Shown one piece after another: positions 53,999 to 64,000 of a stretch of 64,000 nt of DNA. The DNA is taken from NCBI GenBank assembly GCA_963803435.1, contig CAWDML010000009.1, positions 832,001 through 896,000 of the forward strand, given 5' to 3'. Source of the stretch: an uncultured delta proteobacterium. GTDB lineage: Bacteria; Myxococcota; Kuafuiibacteriia; Kuafuiibacteriales; Kuafuiibacteriaceae. Below the pieces are notes generated by a model. It was not told where the DNA came from. It made no database searches and worked only from the letters and a program-made list of their open reading frames with translations. Both the position numbers and the translations under genes were made by a program. The first letter of the stretch is position 1, and every line of letters starts with the position of its first letter.

Positions 53999-54254
53999 GG
54001 TGACGATCCGGCTCGTGGTCGACCCGACGACGAGGAAGAAGAACGTGGTGATCTCCTATCGAAGCGACGAGGATGCGCTCCCGATCGAGCACGAGGACGC
54101 CCACCGCGAGGTGGTGGACAAGCTGATCGAGGGCGGCGCGCTGAAGGCGGCCGAGCTGGGAAAGATCGTGATCGAGCGTGAGGGCGACCAAGGCGTGGGC
54201 GAGATCGAGAGCCAGCGTGAAGGTGAGCCCGAGTCCGTCGATCAGGAGAACTGA
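53991..54254 (+). CDS. small acidic FtsH-ternary accessory protein (fvmX3-like)
   Basis: MAEVTIRLVVDPTTRKKNVVISYRSDEDALPIEHEDAHREVVDKLI; overlaps the protease stop. Confidence 0.7.
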
Positions 54255-54263
54255 TCCTCCGAC

Positions 54264-57200
54264 ATGGCCAAGGCGAATGCGCTGATATTCCCGAGCGAAG
54301 AGGCGCTTTTGGTGGCGCTCACCTCGGGTATGGTGCCGGGCGAGATCCAGGCCACCTCCGTCCGTCATGCAGAGGGCGCGGGCGGCATCGTGGCCGTGGT
54401 GCCGGAGGCCAAGCTGTCGCGTGAGGTGACGGCAACGCTCGGCGCCGCCGGCGTGCAGGTTCGCGCCATCGACGTCCCGCTGGCCCAGGCGCGATGCTGG
54501 GCCGAGGTCCTGCGTCCCCGCGCGCTTCCGGAGAGCGCGGTGACGATGCAGCTGGTGCTGTTCATGCTCGATGGCGACACCCAGCTGATCGAGCTCGCCG
54601 GCGAGCTCCTGCGGCTGGGCTGCGATCGCCAGGCGTACGCCCTCCACCGGAACGGCGCGAGCGGCGCCCGGGCGCTGCTCCGGGCGGCCGAACCCCCGTA
54701 CTACACAGTGGCCTCCGCGCTGGATCGGGGCGGCCGTTTCCACGCGTTCGTCCCCATCCGTCCCGGACAGGAGATGGTCTTCTCCGAGCTCGGGTGGTCG
54801 CACCCGCTCAAGGAGACGATCCACGCGCCGCCCGGCGAGATCCTGCTGATCCCGCGAGAGGGCCCCTGGCAGACCGTCAAGAACGGGCCCTGGTCCGACG
54901 TCTACCAGCTGATCGACTTTCGGCTCCCCGAGTCGCCGGAGACGCAGGGCGCGCTGCGGCCGCCGCGCCGCCTGATCGTCCCGCTGCGCTTGACCCGGGC
55001 CAGCCGCACCGAGCCGGCCTCGCTGTGGGTGATCCGGGAGCGAGCGATCGACGTGGTCGATCGGCTGGTGCAGACCCTGCCGGTCGATGTGATCGCGCGG
55101 CTGCTGTTCGCGGTGGCCGGCGATCCGTCCGACCCGATCGTGGTGCTTCGCGGGCGCGCGGGCCGCAGCGGTCCGCCCGAGATCGACGTTCCCGGCGAGG
55201 CCTACGTGTCGTTGCTCCGCATCCCGAACCTGTTCGTCCCGAGAGATCGGATCGTCGAGCCGCCGCTGCGCCGAGACAAGCTCCGCGAGCTCCTCGCGCC
55301 CACCGACGACGACATCGGCTGGCTGGCGCCGGTGGGCGACGCCAAGTTCCGGGTGGAGAGCCTGCCCGACGCGGCCTTCTCGCCGCTCCTCGACTGGGTG
55401 GACTATCTCGTGGAGGCCGGCGCACGCGCGCTCGAGCCCTGGGTCAAGTCGGTGCTCTTCGACTTCGAGCCGTTCGTTTCGGTGGGCGTCGAGTGGGCGG
55501 ACACGCCCAAGCCGCCGGAGAAGAAGGAGAAGGCCCGGGCTCGCCGCGAGGCGCGGCCCGAGATTGCCTACGACGAGACCGACGATTCGACTTCGACGAC
55601 GACACCGATCCGACCGGGCCGGTCCCACCGCTCGAGGCGCCCCGACCGCATCCGAACGCGCTCGAGCCGGTGGAGCAGGACGTCCTCACGCCGGACGAGG
55701 AGCAGCTCACGGAGCTCGAACAGACGTTCCTGGAGCTCGAGGTGCCGCTGGACGCCGGCGAGCGCACCGGGATGTGGGCGCAGATGGCCCGCCTCAACGG
55801 CCGCCTGAACCGCCACCGGGACGCCGGTATCTGCTGGGCTTACGCGCTCTGGGAGCAGGGCGGCGAGACGGCGGCGGCGCTGGCGCGTGACTGGGCGGAG
55901 GTCGACACCGGGACCACCGATCCGGACGCGATGACCGCTCGGGTGCAAGGCAGCTTGCAGGCGTCGAAGCCCTCGCGGGGCGACGTGCGGGACGTGGTGG
56001 CGGTCGTGGTGTCCTCACACCTGGCGCAGGTGCCGGAGCCCGCCTCTCTCGGCGACATCCACCGGGTCCAGGTCTGGCTGGACCAATACGACGAGGTCCT
56101 CGACGTCCGATTGCTCTGGCTCTCCCGCCATGCGCTCGCGGAGCTGGTTGGCGGCGACGAGCTGGCGCTCGCGCGCACGCGGGACCGGATCCTGACGCGG
56201 CTCCGGATGGGACTGTCGCTCGAGCGCGACGTCCCGAACTTCCTCCGCTTCCTGGGCGGCGGCGCGGGCGGGGGTCGCTCCAGCGAGCAGCTCGCCGATC
56301 GCCTGGAGGAGCTCCTCGCCATCTATGCGAAGACGCCGCGCAAGCGAAAGGCGGTGGAGGCCAAGGAGGAGCTCACCGGTGCGTACGTGAGGTTCGTGCT
56401 CGCGTACGGGTTCGCGCGTCTGGGACGCTCCGATCGGGCCCGCGAGCTGCGGGACGAGGCGCGCCGGACGCTCGATCTGGGCGACGCGATCCACGGGTTC
56501 CTGGCCGACGCCTTCTCGGCGCGCATCGACCACGCGCTCGAGGCCAAGCCGGTGGAGACACCGCTGCCGATGGAGATCGGGGGCCGCCTCAACGCGCTGG
56601 CCAAGTTCGATCGATACAAGGTGGACCGGCTGCGCGAGGTCTCCACGATCCTCGAGCCGCAGGAGAACCTCGAACCGATCCGCGCGTACCAGCGCGGCGA
56701 GAAGGATCCGCGCGGCGCCGAGTTCGAAAAACTGCGCGGAATGACCGACGCGGACGAGCTGGCGCGGGAGGTCGATCGGTTGATGGAGCAGGCGGTGGTC
56801 GCGTCGCCGGACGAGCGCGACCGCCTCTTCGACGGGCTGATGGACTTCTTCCCGCTGATCCCGTCGCGCGCCAAGCGCAACCTCGAACGCGTGGTCGCCT
56901 CGATGGAGCCGATCGAGCTGGGGAGGCGCGCGGTGATCCTCCAGGAGGCGCTGATGCTGGCCGGGTATTTCGGGCTCTCGGAGATGGTCCGCAGCCTGGC
57001 GAACCAGCTGAAGACCGTGCTCGGGCAGCTCGACGGCAAGCAGGCGGTCGCGGTGGCGGGTGAGTTCGGCAAGAGCTTGCGAAGTCTCCGCCGCGTGGGG
57101 CTGAAGGAAGAGGCTGCGGATCTCCTGGAGATCATGCAGCGCTCGATCTCGGGCGAGGGCCCCGAGGAGATGATGGCGCGCGTGCAGGTCGCCGGCGGGT

Positions 57201-57571
57201 TGATCTATCTGGGCGATCTCGAACGGGCGATGCCGACGATGTCGGAGGCGCTCGACTTCCTGAACAAGCCCTCGGCCGCTCCCTCGCTCGACCACCGGCT
57301 CAAGGTCCACCAGGCGGCGGCCTCGGCCTTCAGCCAGGCGCCGGAGCAGCACGCGGTGGCCGGGCTGGCGAAGCTGACCGGACAGCTCAAGAACATCAGT
57401 GACAGCTACGGGACCAACTCTCATTTCTGTCGCTCCGTCATCCAGTTCATGGAGGCGCTGGTGCTCGGTTATGCGAGCGAGCACTTGGCGCTGGGCGAGC
57501 TGGGCCGGCGATGGTTGGACGAGGACGAGTATCTGATCCGGCGGAGGATCCACCGGACGCTGGGGGCATGA
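54264..57571 (+). CDS. large FtsH-ternary protein (fvmX7-like; alpha/beta N-half, acidic linker, helical-repeat C-half), one indel near 55586
   Basis: ORF 54264.. is protein-like up to EIAYDETDD; ORF ..57571 is protein-like from FDFDDDTDP; adding one T joins them (~1100 aa). Ends RRWLDEDEYLIRRRIH. Confidence 0.75.
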
Positions 57572-57575
57572 ATCG

Positions 57576-58627
<1,052 letters not shown>

Positions 58628-58631
<4 letters not shown>

Positions 58632-60091
58632 CGCTGGAGCTTCGCGACGCCGAGGCGGCGGGCCGGTGGACGGCCGCGGGACTGTGCCTGATCCGCGTGG
58701 GGTCGGCGGGCGCGACCGAGGTGGCCTCGGTGACGCGGCAGATGCTGGTGGCGGTCTCCGAGGCCGGCTCCCTCCCGCCGGTCGGCATGCTCGGAGACAT
58801 CGGAAAGCTCGTGGGCGGCGCCTCGCTCGACTTCTCCGCGCCGCTGCCGGCGACGCAGCCCGAGATCTCGCGCGCGGTGCGGGCCTACGAGGATCAATTC
58901 CTGGGCCGCCTGGCGCAGGATCCCAGGATCGAGGCGATCGCTGATGCGATCGCGAAGCTGCCGAAGCCCATGCGGGACGACGCGGTGGCGCTGCTGCTCG
59001 CGCGTATCCTCCAGCGCATCGCCTTCGAGGGCGCCGTCTCGATGAGCCCCGGTATCGCGCGCCGAGTCACGGAGACGCCGGTCGAGGAGCTCCTCGAGGC
59101 TGGCTACGCCGCGCTCCGCGAGGCCGGCGACATCCAGACCCTGCTGGTGGGTGGCTACGACGGCCTGGTGCACCGGGCGCGGCGTACCGGCGCGCTGCTG
59201 GCCGAGGCCGACGTGTTCGTGCTCGAGAACCTGACCGTGCTGTCGAGCCTGACGCAGCGCCTGGCGATCGAGCACATCGTCGAGGTCGCGGACGAGCTGA
59301 TGCGCCGGCTCCCCAAGCGGATGAAGCCGAAGGCGGCTCGCCGGGGCGGCCGGACGCCGACCAACATCGAGGACGAGGATCGCTATCCGATCGGCGGCTT
59401 CTCTTCGATCTCGACCTACGGCAGCCTGGAGAACCTGGTGACCTCCGAGCTCATCTACATGGACGAGACGCCGGACGAGATCGACCTGTTCGACATGCGC
59501 TACGTGGAGGGCGAGCTGCTCTACTACACGCGCGATGAGAGCGTGTTCATCCGCGGCCGCCGCGTCGTCACGTTCGTGTTCGAGCCCGAGCTGATCCGGG
59601 CGCGGTTCAAGGACCAAGGCATGCGGTGGCAGCGCCTGGTCGTCGCGATGGGGCTTCTCTCGGCCTCGGTACAGAAGCTCTCGGGCTGGCTGGCGGAGGA
59701 GGGGCTCTTCTTCCGCGTGGCCTTCGTCCGCTCCCACGGAGAGGCGCCCCTCGAGGCGGAGCAGGGCCTCTGCCGGCTGCTCCTCCGCGAGTGGATCGAG
59801 AAAGAGATGGCCGAGGTCGTCGAGATCGATGGGCTCGAGGACGTGATCGGGCGGACGCAGGAGGACGCACGGACCGCGCAGGCGGACCTCGTCATGTTCA
59901 CGATGAACACACGCTCGCTCGACGGCCTCGACCCTCGCGTGCGGGCCGCCTTGATCAACCTCGGCGAACCCAGTCCAGCGCTGTGGTGGACCGATCATTC
60001 CCCGAGCAACCTGACCACGGACGCTGATCCCTGGAGCGCCTGGACGGCCGTGAGCCGCGAGCTGCTCCAGTCGATCATCGACGGGAGGTGA
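58628..60091 (+). CDS. FtsH-ternary vWA-like partner of MoxR
   Basis: Helical N-terminus, DEDRYPIGGFSSISTYGSLENLVTSEL, DLFDMRYVEGELLYYTRDE, then alternating beta/alpha elements; ATGA overlap with MoxR. Confidence 0.7.
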
Positions 60092-60092
60092 G

Positions 60093-60587
60093 ATGGAAAT
60101 CCTGATCACTTACCTCGAGATGCGAACGCCCCCGATCCGCCCGCAGGTCGTCCTGCCCGCCAGCGTTCGCGTCGTCCGCGCGCGAAGGCCCAGCGCCCGC
60201 TTCTACCGCTTCCTCTACGAGGGCGTCGGTCGAGAGTGGCAGTGGGTCGACCGCGACGCCCTCAGCGACGATGAGCTCACCGCCGTGCTCCACGACGACC
60301 TTGTCGAGGTCCACGTCCTCTGGGTCGACGGCAATCCCGCCGGGTACGTCGAGCTCGATCTCCGCGAGCCCCCAGACATCGAGATCGCGTACTTCGGCCT
60401 CATGCGCGAGTACTTCGGACGCGGCCTCGGCAAGCTCTTCCTCAGCTGGGCCATCGACGAGGCCTTCCGGCGCAGGACCCCCCGCCTCTGGGTCCACACC
60501 TGCGACCTCGACCATCCGGCCGCGCTCCCGAACTACCAGCGGTGCGGCTTCCACGCGTATCGCACGATGCGATCGATCCCGACGTGA
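60093..60587 (+). CDS. GNAT family acetyltransferase
   Basis: ITYLEM, AGYVEL, YFGLMREYFGRGLGK, WVHTCDLDHPAALPNYQRCGF. Confidence 0.9.
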   Translation: MEILITYLEMRTPPIRPQVVLPASVRVVRARRPSARFYRFLYEGVGREWQWVDRDALSDDELTAVLHDDLVEVHVLWVDGNPAGYVELDLREPPDIEIAYFGLMREYFGRGLGKLFLSWAIDEAFRRRTPRLWVHTCDLDHPAALPNYQRCGFHAYRTMRSIPT

Positions 60588-60590
60588 AGC

Positions 60591-61046
60591 TCAGAGCAAC
60601 GGCTGGAGGCCGTGGACGAGGACGTCCTCGGAGATCGCGCCCTGCCAGAAGCGGAGCCGGCGTCCCTCGCGATCGAACACGAAGGTAGCCGGGAGGGTGC
60701 CGTTCCAGTCGGGGTGGAGCGCTTCGATGAACGCCTGGTCCTTGCCGTGCTTGAAGTAGCAGGGCAGCTTGGCGCCTTTGTCTTCCAGCAGCTTGGCGGC
60801 ATCGGCGCGCTGGCTGGCGAAGTCGGCCGAGACGAAGATGAAGCGGACCTTGCCCTGGAAGCGCTTCTCCACGTCGAAGAGCATGGGGAGCTCGCGGACG
60901 CAGGGGCCGCACCAGGTGGCCCAGACGTTGACCACGATGAGCGGCTCGGACGAGCGGCGGATCTCGGACATGAGCTCGGGGCCGTCGACGTCGACGAGCG
61001 GACCCTGGGTGGCGGCGAGGATCAGAGTCAGGACCGGTAGACGCAT
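60591..61046 (-). CDS. TlpA-like thioredoxin / disulfide reductase
   Basis: VNVWATWCGPCVRELP, LPATFVFD. Confidence 0.9.
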   Translation of the reverse strand: MRLPVLTLILAATQGPLVDVDGPELMSEIRRSSEPLIVVNVWATWCGPCVRELPMLFDVEKRFQGKVRFIFVSADFASQRADAAKLLEDKGAKLPCYFKHGKDQAFIEALHPDWNGTLPATFVFDREGRRLRFWQGAISEDVLVHGLQPLL

Positions 61047-61099
61047 CCTCGGTACGAAAGCCTAGCCGAAGGCCGCCGGTTCCGGCTAGAGAGGTCCAG

Positions 61100-61651
61100 A
61101 TGCGGGTGGCGCTCGTGGTCCTCTTCTTCGCGGGGTGCGCTTTCAGCGGAGACGGTGACGGCGGCCCCATGGACGCGGGTCGCCGCGACGGGAGCATGAA
61201 GGATGCGGCCGTCGAGGACGCCGGGGCGGGGCCGCGGGTCGAGGTGGGCGGCGGAGCGTTCGAGTTCGAGGCGCTCACCGAGGGCCAGGTGGTCGACTTC
61301 ATCGCCGGGCCCCAGGGGGGCGGGCGGTTCGACGGCTTTCACATCTGGACCGGCGCCCGGATCTGGAGGCTGGAGCCGAGCGCGATCAGCGCGTCGTTCC
61401 TCATCTTGGCGGCCAGCGATCGCAGCGAGCTGGCGCGCCTCGACTGGGTCACGAACTTCCGGCCCACGTCCACCGACGCGTACGAGATCTGGGGTGCGAC
61501 GCCCCGGCTCGCCGACTGCTGCGCTGCGGTCGATCAGCCGCTGTTGATGCGCGTCGAGGTGGTGGACGTCGAGGGGATCTCGGCCGCCGGCGAGATCGCC
61601 GTCCGGGGCGCTCCGGAGTGCAGCGATTTCACCGGCAACTTCTGCCCGTGA
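61100..61651 (+). CDS. hypothetical lipoprotein
   Basis: Lipobox FAGC; GPQGG..FHIW; Cys-rich C-terminus. Confidence 0.7.
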   Translation: MRVALVVLFFAGCAFSGDGDGGPMDAGRRDGSMKDAAVEDAGAGPRVEVGGGAFEFEALTEGQVVDFIAGPQGGGRFDGFHIWTGARIWRLEPSAISASFLILAASDRSELARLDWVTNFRPTSTDAYEIWGATPRLADCCAAVDQPLLMRVEVVDVEGISAAGEIAVRGAPECSDFTGNFCP

Positions 61652-61658
61652 TTCGGGC

Positions 61659-63674
61659 TCAGGCCTTCGCCACCCGCGCTCGCATCCGCTCGATCGCCTG
61701 GGCGATGTCCGCCTCCGTATCCCGCATCCGGGCCCAGGGATCGCCGAGCTCCGCGAGGCGCGCCGGGACGGTCTCCATCGTGAACGCGCGCGGATCGAGG
61801 CTCTCCGTCACCTCCGCCCAGGTGAGCGGCGTCGAGACGGTCGCGCCCGGTAGCGGGCGCACCGAGTAGGGCGTCACCAGCATGCGGCCCCGCGCATTGA
61901 CGAGATGGTCGAGGAACACGCGGCCCCGACGCTCGGCGATCTGGAGCTCGATCGTCGCGTGCTCGGGGAGATCGCCGGCCACCGTGCGTGCGATCAGCTC
62001 GCCGAGCGCGCGGGACTGATCGAACGTGAGCCGGCGGCCCAGCGGCAGCAGCACGTGCATCCCGCTCGACCCGCTGGTCTTGGGGAACGAGGGCAGTCCG
62101 ATCGCGAGGCAGAGCTCCCGCACCGCCAGGGCGATCCGCACCACCGAGCCGAAGCCCTGCGCGCCGGGATCGAGGTCGATGACGCACCAGTCGGGGCGAT
62201 CGAGATCGCTCACGCGGCTCGGCCACATGTGGAGCGGGATCGTGCCGAGGTTGACCAGATAGAGCAGCGACTCCACGTCGTCAGCCAGGAAGTAGTCGCG
62301 GGCCCGCTTCGACATCTGGATGCGAACGGTCCGCAACCACGCGCTCTTCGAGCCGGGCGCGTTGTGCTGGAAGAAGCTCTTCCCGTGGATGCCGTCGGGA
62401 TACCGGGTGAGGACGAGCGGGCGATCGATCAGGTGTGGCAGCAGCCAGGGCGCGACCGCGCGGTAGTATCGCAGGAGGTCGCCCTTGGTGTGTCCCTCCT
62501 CGGGCCAGAAGATCTTGTCGAGGTTCGTGAGCCGGACCTTCAGCCCCTCGAGGCCCGAGGTGACGCTCGCCGGCGCGAGGGAGGAGGTGGGCGCTGGCGT
62601 GCGCCGCTCGATCGTGATCGGGGCTCGCTCGGCGCTCGGTCCCGGCGTGTACGGTGCATCCAGGCGACGCGCGACGATCCCGAAGCTGCCGCGCCGTCTC
62701 ACCTCTTCGGCCAGCGCGTCGCCGCGCGCCGCCAGATGATCGGCGAACATCAACGGCCCCACCGCCGGCAGGACGCGCCGCAGAAGCGCCTTGCGCGTCG
62801 CGAGCGGCAGCGGTCGGAGATCGTTGTCCTCGAGCGCCAGCAGATCGAAGGTGTAGAGCACGGCCGGTGGCGCCTCCCGATCGGGTGGCGCTGCGCATCT
62901 TCGCGCCAGCGCGGCGGGATCGGGACACCCATCGCGGTCGAGCACGACGAGCTCGCCGTCGAGCAGCACGCCCACGGGGAGCGCCGAGAGGGCAGCGGCG
63001 ATCTCGGGGAAGCGCTCGCGATGATCGACACCCGCACCGGCGATTCCGCCGGCCCACGCCAGCACCGGCAGGCCCTCCGGATCGAGCTCGAAGATCCATC
63101 CGGGCGAGGCGAACGGTGGGCGCGGGGCGCCGGGTAGCATGGGACGCGCCGCCGTCGGCGGCCCGAAGGCGGCGAGCGCGGGCGGCAGCGCCTCGAGGAG
63201 CGCGGCGCGGACCGCCTCCCGGTCGTCGTCCGGCGCGAGCCCTGAGAGGATCGAAACGGTCGAGTAGTGCCCCTTCGGATCCGCCCACGCATCGGGCTTC
63301 TTGAGCAGCACCCACTCCTTCGAGGGCAACCAGGGGCGCCCGCGACCCCGCGGCCGACCTCGACCGCGGGCCAGGGTCCAGGTGCCCTTCAGCTTGAAGC
63401 CGTCGAGATCGAAGAGGAGCTTGCCGCGTGCGCATCCCTCCTCCGGGTCGGCGTGCGCGCGGTAGCGGCCGGCGTCCCAGAGGAGGAGCTCCCGCGTCTC
63501 GGTGAACGGATTGAGGGACGCGATCGGCTCGGCCTCGAGGGCGTCGCGCGGCTCGTGCTGCGAGGGGGACGGTCCCTTGTCGATGGTCCATGCCCGCCAG
63601 CCGCCGCCGATCTCGAGGATCAGCTCGTGGATCAGGTCGCGCGCGCGGCGTCGGACCAGGAACCGCCCGGTCAT
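61659..63674 (-). CDS. ligD: LigD-like protein: degenerate phosphoesterase and ligase domains, intact primase-polymerase domain
   Basis: Pol motifs LTNLDKIFWP, RYPDGI..FFQ, IDLDP, KTSGSSGMHV, FLD, PYSVRP..VSTPL. Ligase motif I reads FELDPEG (no Lys) and no OB domain is visible. Confidence 0.8.
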   Translation of the reverse strand: MTGRFLVRRRARDLIHELILEIGGGWRAWTIDKGPSPSQHEPRDALEAEPIASLNPFTETRELLLWDAGRYRAHADPEEGCARGKLLFDLDGFKLKGTWTLARGRGRPRGRGRPWLPSKEWVLLKKPDAWADPKGHYSTVSILSGLAPDDDREAVRAALLEALPPALAAFGPPTAARPMLPGAPRPPFASPGWIFELDPEGLPVLAWAGGIAGAGVDHRERFPEIAAALSALPVGVLLDGELVVLDRDGCPDPAALARRCAAPPDREAPPAVLYTFDLLALEDNDLRPLPLATRKALLRRVLPAVGPLMFADHLAARGDALAEEVRRRGSFGIVARRLDAPYTPGPSAERAPITIERRTPAPTSSLAPASVTSGLEGLKVRLTNLDKIFWPEEGHTKGDLLRYYRAVAPWLLPHLIDRPLVLTRYPDGIHGKSFFQHNAPGSKSAWLRTVRIQMSKRARDYFLADDVESLLYLVNLGTIPLHMWPSRVSDLDRPDWCVIDLDPGAQGFGSVVRIALAVRELCLAIGLPSFPKTSGSSGMHVLLPLGRRLTFDQSRALGELIARTVAGDLPEHATIELQIAERRGRVFLDHLVNARGRMLVTPYSVRPLPGATVSTPLTWAEVTESLDPRAFTMETVPARLAELGDPWARMRDTEADIAQAIERMRARVAKA

Positions 63675-64000
63675 CCCAGGTTCATGCCTCGGGTCTTGCG
63701 AAACAGGCGGACGGCGAAGGAGTCGGTCATGCCGGAGAGGTAGTCGGTGACCAGCAGCAGGCGCTGGTAGGGCGTCGCGGTGGGCGAGGGCTTCGTGGGC
63801 AGCAGGTCGAGATAGCGCGCTTGCTTGTTGGAGGGGCGCTCGGCGAGCACCGAGGGGACCATCTCCTCGAGCAGCGAGTGGAGGACCTCGTATCCGGCCA
63901 GCTCGATCTCGAGCACGTCCCGCGCCCGGTAGCAGGCGGTGCGGGTCAGCGCGGCGATGCGTTGGAGCGCATCCGCGGAGGGGATGCTGCGCGCGAGCGG
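63671..64000 (-). CDS. dgt: dGTP triphosphohydrolase, C-terminal part (truncated by window)
   Basis: YRARDVLEIELAGYEVLHSLL...YQRLLLVTDYLSGMTDSFAVRLF. Confidence 0.85.
   Translation of the reverse strand, partial: PLARSIPSADALQRIAALTRTACYRARDVLEIELAGYEVLHSLLEEMVPSVLAERPSNKQARYLDLLPTKPSPTATPYQRLLLVTDYLSGMTDSFAVRLFRKTRGMNLG

Overview
High-GC (visually ~70%) bacterial chromosomal segment whose gene content (sigma54 enhancer-binding protein, hybrid histidine kinases, Ser/Thr pseudokinase, DUF1501/cytochrome locus) suggests Myxococcota or a related deltaproteobacterial lineage (inference). At least seven single-base indels, mostly in short homopolymers, split otherwise intact genes and look like long-read assembly errors. 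From left to right: pgsA, a two-component/sigma54 signalling cluster, tRNA-Gly(GCC), a sulfatase plus radical-SAM maturase, a cytochrome c/lipoprotein/DUF1501 operon, a desaturase-MerR pair, glycosyltransferases, an OmpR-type two-component pair, a DabA/DabB/NuoM-like inorganic carbon uptake operon, a POT transporter, hydrolases, a decayed IS1182-like element carrying a four-helix-bundle remnant, a 7-gene translationally coupled FtsH-like protease/MoxR/vWA 'ternary conflict' operon (50.2-60.1 kb), a partly degenerate ligD and the 3' end of dgt. Best leads: (1) the FtsH-MoxR-vWA operon; (2) six sigma54 -24/-12 elements each 14-16 nt from a start codon, implying near-leaderless sigma54 mRNAs; (3) a shared GCAAC-N14-SCCGATAACC sigma28-like promoter plus several signal-peptide-less, type-III-substrate-like proteins; (4) a CTAG-flanked element with ~60-bp hexamer-repeat inverted ends. 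All protein calls come from motif recognition by eye; no database searches were run.
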